Source: Macrostomum lignano (lineage: Eukaryota). From it: DNA of 64,000 nucleotides. Positions 57,991 through 64,000 of this stretch are shown here, piece after piece (position 1 is the stretch's first letter; each line of letters starts with the position of its first letter). Below the pieces are notes generated by a model. It did no database searches and was not told where the DNA came from. It saw nothing but the letters and a program-made list of their open reading frames with translations. Location of the stretch: the NCBI GenBank assembly GCA_002269645.1, contig NIVC01001679.1:1-64000 (forward strand), given 5' to 3'. The position numbers and the translations under genes are program-made.

Positions 57991-58599
57991 GGGTTTCTTT
58001 ATAGAGTTTTTTACGTGAATTAAAAGGATTCGATCAATCTGTATATACGAAGGAATTCCCCATCGATATATGTACTTAGATGACATTCAACATCAATGTG
58101 CAAGAACAGGGATTCCCCCACAACGCGTACATCGGTGTGTGTACTTTTTTAGGATTTCCCTTTGCTCTGTAAGAAATTTCTTATCTTTGCTGCTGAAAAA
58201 TTTCGCATGCCAATTTCCCCTGACATTCCATTTTGGGTTTATACGTGTTTGGATCTTCTTTTCTAATAAATTAACTCCATCTTCTTGCATAAGCTAGCAT
58301 ATTTATTTGTTTACTATAAGCAAAATAAGAGTCTTGTTAAGTAGCAGAGAGTTACTCAATGCAAAACAGCTATAGATCAGCTATTGTTTACATTTTAAAA
58401 TATTTTATTTCAATTTTTAATTTTAGAGTTTTACGCACCGACAATCCTTTATTCTGTGCTGTCAATGCTGTTTTTTTGAGAACGTACACAACTTCACGAT
58501 GTACTTTTAAGTCGCCATTATCTTGCTGGGATTTATTTTTGTGTTAAATAATTTTCCTGCATTCCAAAACTAAACTACGAGAGTAGAGTGGTAAAAACT

Positions 58600-59340
58600 A
58601 CAGGTAGAATCCTAAAAACTACAGATAGTTGTAGTTTTCTATTCTACTATAGATAATTTAGTAGATAATGTAGTTTCTCAGAAACTACAGGTAGAATCTC
58701 AGAGACTACAGGTAGAATCTCAGAGACTACAGGTAGAATCTCAGAAAATACAGGTAGAATCTCAGAAACTACAGGTAGAATCTCAGAGACTACAGGTAGA
58801 ATCTCAGAAAATACAGGTAGAATCTCAGAGACTACAGGTAGAATCCCAGTAACTACAGGTAGAATCTCAGAAACTATAGGTAGAATCTCAGAAACTACAG
58901 ACAGAATCTCAGAAACTACAGACAGAATCCCAGAAACTACAGGTAGAATCCCAGAAACTACAGGTAGAATCTCAGAAACTACAGGTAGAATCGCAGAAAC
59001 TACAGGTAGAATCTCAGAAACTACAGGTAGAATCGCAGAAACTACAGGTAGAATCTCAAAAACTACAGGTAGAATCTCAGAAACTACAGATAGAATCCCA
59101 GAAACTACAGGTAGAATCGCAGAAACTACAGTTAGAATCTCAGAAACTACAGGTAGAATCTCAGAAACTACAGGTAGAATCCCAGAAACTACAGGTAGAA
59201 TCGCAGAAACTACAGTTAGAATCTCAGAAACTATAGGTAGAATCTCAGAAACTACAGTTAGAATCTCAGAAACTACAGGTAGAATCTCAGAAACTACAGG
59301 TAGAATCTCAGAAACTACAGGTAGAATCCTAGAAACTACA
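58600..59340. repeat. 21-bp minisatellite (AGAAACTACAGGTAGAATCTC)
   Basis: About 32 copies; explains ORF 58647..59357. Confidence 0.95.
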
Positions 59341-60134
59341 GTTATAACTTTGCACAAACTAATTTATCTGAGCTAAGGCTTGAATTTGGGTTGCAGTTAA
59401 ACAAATTTTAGTGAATTTTTCCTCGCACCTAATGTTATGTAAACTAGGTAAAGAATGTTAAACTATAAGAGCAAAAATTTAATTATCTTCTATGGCTTTA
59501 TTTATAGCAATATTTATGCAGAGTTTTTGTGTGTTCGAATTTTCTTTTACATTGCCATTTTCCCGACAAAAATCGCCAGATTTAATTAAATTCTTTTTCG
59601 TTGTTTCTTTGTGTTGGGTGTCCGATATTGATTTTGCTTAACCGACTTTTTCCCAATGCTACTACTGTGTGCAGTTAATAACATTTTTTGTAAGCATTTT
59701 TAAATTTAAACAAAAACACTCCGTTCGTACTACTGTAACTACAGCAGCATATATAAATGCGGATGCAAGTGTGAGCATTTTTAACCAATTGTTGCAATGC
59801 AAATATTCTTCTAGAATTCATAATTTGCAATATCTGATATACACTTCGTTTATACACAGCTAGAACTCTGTTTAAACTGCTTTTTGTAAAAAGGGCACAT
59901 CAGTTGAAAACGTTTCAAATTATTCATATGACTCGACATTCCGACATTTTATAAATATATGGTTGCGAGTCTTCGTTACTGAAATTTGGCATGTGCAAAT
60001 GCTGCCCTTGCTAGACTTTTGGAACATTTAAACTTTTCCTGTTAATTTAATTCCTAAATCTGATTCTTTTTAGTGAACTCAAAGTTAGAACATTGCTGAT
60101 TGAGCGGTTCGTTGTTTTGATGCTCTTAGTGTGC

Positions 60135-60368
60135 TAATCTGTCTGTCCATCTATCTGTCTGTCCATCTATCTGTCTGTCCATCTATCTGTCTGTCCATCT
60201 ATCTGTCTGTCCATCTATCTGTCTGTCCATCTATCTGTCTGTCCATCTATCTGTCTGTCCATCTATCTGTCTGTCCATCTATCTGTCTGTCCACCTATCT
60301 GTCTGTCCATCTATCTGTCTGTCCATCTATCTGTCTGTCTATCTATCTACCTATCTATCTATCTATGC

Positions 60369-60399
<31 letters not shown>

Positions 60400-60409
60400 C
60401 ATCTATCTT

Positions 60410-60476
<67 letters not shown>

Positions 60477-60501
60477 GTCTGTCTGTCTGTCCATCTATCT
60501 G

Positions 60502-60565
<64 letters not shown>

Positions 60566-60566
60566 C

Positions 60567-60644
<78 letters not shown>

Positions 60645-60777
60645 GTCTGTCCATCTATCTGTGTATCTATCTATCTATCTATCTATCTATCCTTATATCT
60701 GTGTATCTATCTATCTATCTATCTTTCTATCTATCTATCTTTCTTTCTATTTATTTATCTATCTATCTATCTATCTT

Positions 60778-60809
<32 letters not shown>

Positions 60810-60828
60810 CCTATCTATCTATCTATGC

Positions 60829-60900
<72 letters not shown>

Positions 60901-60921
60901 GTCTGTCTGTCCATCTATCTG

Positions 60922-61006
<85 letters not shown>

Positions 61007-61022
61007 TCATCTTTCTATCTGT
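60135..61022. repeat. Compound (TCTA)n/(TGTC/TCCA) microsatellite ending ~130 bp upstream of GNPAT
   Basis: Direct reading of the sequence; the LSIY ORFs are artefacts. Confidence 0.97.
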
Positions 61023-61154
61023 CAGAAAAATACAGCAAAAGTACACAATATTTAAAACAAATGCATGACTGCATACGTAAAAACCGAATGCTACAGAAAG
61101 TTACCCGTATCTTATTAAAAAAAACAAAAACCGTCTTACTGAGGCGCCTCGGCC

Positions 61155-63188
61155 ATGTTTAACGGCAGTTTCTCGGACACTTGGCAGGCCAACGAAAAAA
61201 CTGGCCGACCTCGCAAAGGAGTCTTCGAGGATCTGGTGGACGAAAGGCGGCAGCGAGGCGACCTGGGCTGGGTGCTCAGGACTCGGCGGTCGGTGCCGAG
61301 CCCGGCATTCTGCGCCGCCGGGACGTCGGCAGCGTCGGCAGCGATAAAGTCATCGAAATCGCCTGCAGACATCAATCGAGACGTTCTATCGAGCGACCGG
61401 TTGACTTACGGACTGCGCGAGATCAGCTTGGAGACTGGGCGGCCCATGCCCGAGTTGATGTCGGAGGCTGGGGCTATACTAGACGAGATGTCGCACTGTT
61501 TGAGCATGTTTGCTATTCGCAGTTTCGGCTATGCCGTTGCCAAGGTGATGAAACGAATCTATCGAGGCGTGTTCGTTAATACGGAGGGGATAACGCAAGT
61601 GAGAGTTCCATGAAGTCTGTTTTCTAACCTGGGTCAGTTGGAGTGCTCGCTCTCTCACTCTAGCTGTCACTCTCGCTCTCACTCTAGCCTTCACTCTCCC
61701 TCTGTCACTCTACATGGCCGTCACTCTCCCTCTCTTACTCTAGCTGTCATTGTCGCTCTCTCACTCTAGCTGTCACTCTCCCTCTGTCACTCTACATGGC
61801 CGTCACTCTCCCTCTCTCACTCTAGCTGTCACTCTCCCTCTCTCACTCTAGCTTTGCTCTATTAATTTTTAACTTGGTTCTGTCAAACGCGCTGCCCGCC
61901 TACTATAAGTAGTCAAAAATCTACCCCTCTTTCATTCAGCTGCGCAAAGCCTGCTCAGAGTATCCTGTGGTGCTCATGCCCATGCACCGCAGCTACGCTG
62001 ACTTCCTGCTGCTCTCGCTGGTCTGCTACGACTATGACCTGCCCCTGCCGGCCATCGCCTCCGCCATGGGTGAGCCTGGGGTGGGCCGAGTTTAGAGGCG
62101 TTCTGAGAATCCACTGAGGCTTTTAGAGATATCGAGAGAAGCGTTTGACCTGTTTTGTGATGCAACTGGCGTCTTTACTTTAGCCTTGCATGATACCCCA
62201 GTACTCCAGCCAACTCTCCCGCTCTCCCTCTCAGCCCTCCACTCTTCCCTCTCACCCTCACACTCTCCTCTCTAACCCTCCCACTCTCCTCTCTCACCCC
62301 CAACTCACTCTATCACCCTCCCACTCTCCCCTCTCACCCTCCCACTCTCCCTCTCACCCTCCCACTCTCCCCGCTCTCCCCTCTCACTCTCCCACTCTCC
62401 CCGCTCTCCATCTCACCCCCGCTCTCCCCTCTCACCCCCGCTCTCCCCTCTCACCCCCGCTCTCCCCTCTCACCCCCGCTCCCTCCTCTCACCCCCGCTC
62501 TCCCCTCTCACCCCCGCTCTCCCCTCTCACCCCCGCTCTCCCCTCTCACCCCCGCTCTCCCCTCTCACCCCCGCTCCCTCCTCTCACCCCCGCTCTCCCC
62601 TCTCACCCCGCTCTCCCTCACTCTCCTACTCACCCTATCACCTTCCCACCCTCCCACTCTCCCCTCTCACCCTCCCACTCTCCCCTCTCACCCTCCCACT
62701 CTCCCCTCTCACCCTCCCACTCTCCCCTCTTAGCCCTCCGATCTCCCCTTCTCACCCCCACTTTCTCCCTCTCAATTTTCCGGGATGCTTTGACAAACTC
62801 TAAACTTCAAAGGCCTTAAGATTACATTTATTACACACTTTCACAAAGCCAAAATGAAATTTGTATGGGAAGTATATTTTGCCTGTGTGATTGAAATGCT
62901 TTTAGGAGCAGCTTAAAACAACTCACCTTCCCCCCCCCATTCTCTTGCTCTAATAAAGTCCCGTGTCCCTCGCTTTTATACTAGACTTCATGGGCATGCA
63001 GCTCATTGGCAGCATCCTGCGCAACTGCGGCGCCTTCTTCATCAGGCGCAGCTTCGCTACAGATAGAGTCTATTGGCTCACCTTTGTTGAATACGTCAAA
63101 ACCCACGTGCGCGACGGCCTGCATCCTGTGGAATTCTTTATCGAAGGCACCCGCAGTCGGACTGGGAAGTCGCTGTACCCCAAGACAG
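61155..63188 (+). CDS. GNPAT: Dihydroxyacetone phosphate acyltransferase (GPAT/DAPAT family), 3'-partial; join(61155..61598,61940..62069,62985..63188,...)
   Basis: ILDEMSH.L...[17 protein letters not shown] (HX4D motif I), GAFFIRR (motif II) and FFIEGTRSR (motif III). Splice phases 0 and 1 are consistent; donor GTAAGT at 63189. Confidence 0.88.
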
Positions 63189-63855
63189 GTAAGTTCCGTG
63201 CTCCTGACCCCGTGACCTCAGTTGACCCCTTGACCTCTCTTGACCTCATAACTCCACTTTACCCAATAAGTTCGGTTGATCCGACGACCTCACCTGACCC
63301 CATGACCTCAGTTGATCTATTGACCTCCCATGACCGCACTTTCCTAATGACCTTTGTTGATCCAATGACCCCACTTTACCTCGGACCTGACGAGGCCTTT
63401 CTTGCTTTGACTCGTTGCCTCACCGGATTTCACTGACACCTTTCTCCGCCTCCCACTTTCCTTCTCCCCACCTCACTCTCCTCTACCCCTCTCACTCTCC
63501 CTCTCCCCCTCTCACTCTCCCTCTCCCCCTCCCGCTCTCCCTCTCCCCCTCCCGCTTTCCCTCTTCCCCTCCCACTCTCCCTCTCCCCCTCTCACCCTCC
63601 CTCCCCCTCCCGCTCTCCCTCTCCCCCTCTCACTCTCCCTCTCCCCTCCCACCCTCCCTCTCCCCCTCCCACTCTCCCTCTCCCCTCCCACTCTCCCTCT
63701 CCCCCTCTCACTCTTCCTCGCCCTCTCCCACTCTCCCTCTCCCCTTCCACTCTCCCCATCCCACTCTTCCTCTTCATCTCTCCCTCTCCCTCTCACTCTC
63801 CCTCTCTCTCTCTCACTCTCCCTCTCCCCCTCTCACCCTCCCTCTCCCCCTCTAA
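61645..63855. repeat. Pyrimidine-rich intronic repeats of GNPAT (61645..61855, 62205..62760, 63200..63380, 63440..63855)
   Basis: CTCTCACTCTAGCTGTCACT, CTCCCCTCTCACCCCCG, TGACC-based and CTCTCCCTCTCCCC units. Confidence 0.88.
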
Positions 63856-64000
63856 CACGGTGGCCTGGTAGTGACCTCATTAACATGTTAAAGTATATTT
63901 TTTAAAACTAATTACTTGGTTCTGCTAGTCTTTTATTGATGCGCAAATTCTTAGCTTAATTTCTATAGGTACTACTGGTCGTTTGTAGTAGCATAGCAGG

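Noticed and set aside
31400-59340. CRISPR-like appearance of the 21-43-bp repeat arrays
   Set aside because: The units are head-to-tail with no unique spacers, there are no cas genes, and the context is eukaryotic introns.

Overview
Eukaryotic, intron-rich animal genomic DNA with GC-rich exons, GT-AG introns and an extreme load of simple repeats. The style is consistent with a flatworm such as Macrostomum lignano; this is an inference and was not checked by any search. Eight host genes can be reconstructed from splice sites and phase: an inversin-like ankyrin+IQ gene (5'-partial, one frameshift), TRMT44 tRNA Um44 methyltransferase, an MFSD4-like MFS transporter, an intronless TTL/TTLL-family gene with substituted catalytic residues, a divergent plastin/fimbrin-like CH-domain gene carrying a ~440-aa (Gly-Ala-Lys)n/acidic insertion inside CH4, a multi-FN3 type-I membrane receptor, a BICD-related dynein adaptor, and GNPAT (3'-partial). 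The 8.7-kb TRMT44 intron 2 holds nested mobile DNA: a P-superfamily deletion derivative (26-bp TIR, 8-bp TSD), a decayed PWWP gene, a mariner remnant, a CORE-like SINE split by a solo LTR (4-bp TSD), and a MITE. Two tRNA-derived SINE families recur. Most introns are filled by their own tandem minisatellite, and several repeat units resemble splice signals (branch point, donor, acceptor), including a ~3.7-kb array with no AG that I could find. The most interesting candidates are the GAK-repeat plastin-like protein, the TTLL pseudo-enzyme beside it, and the splice-signal-like intronic arrays. All homology calls come from recognised motifs, not database searches.
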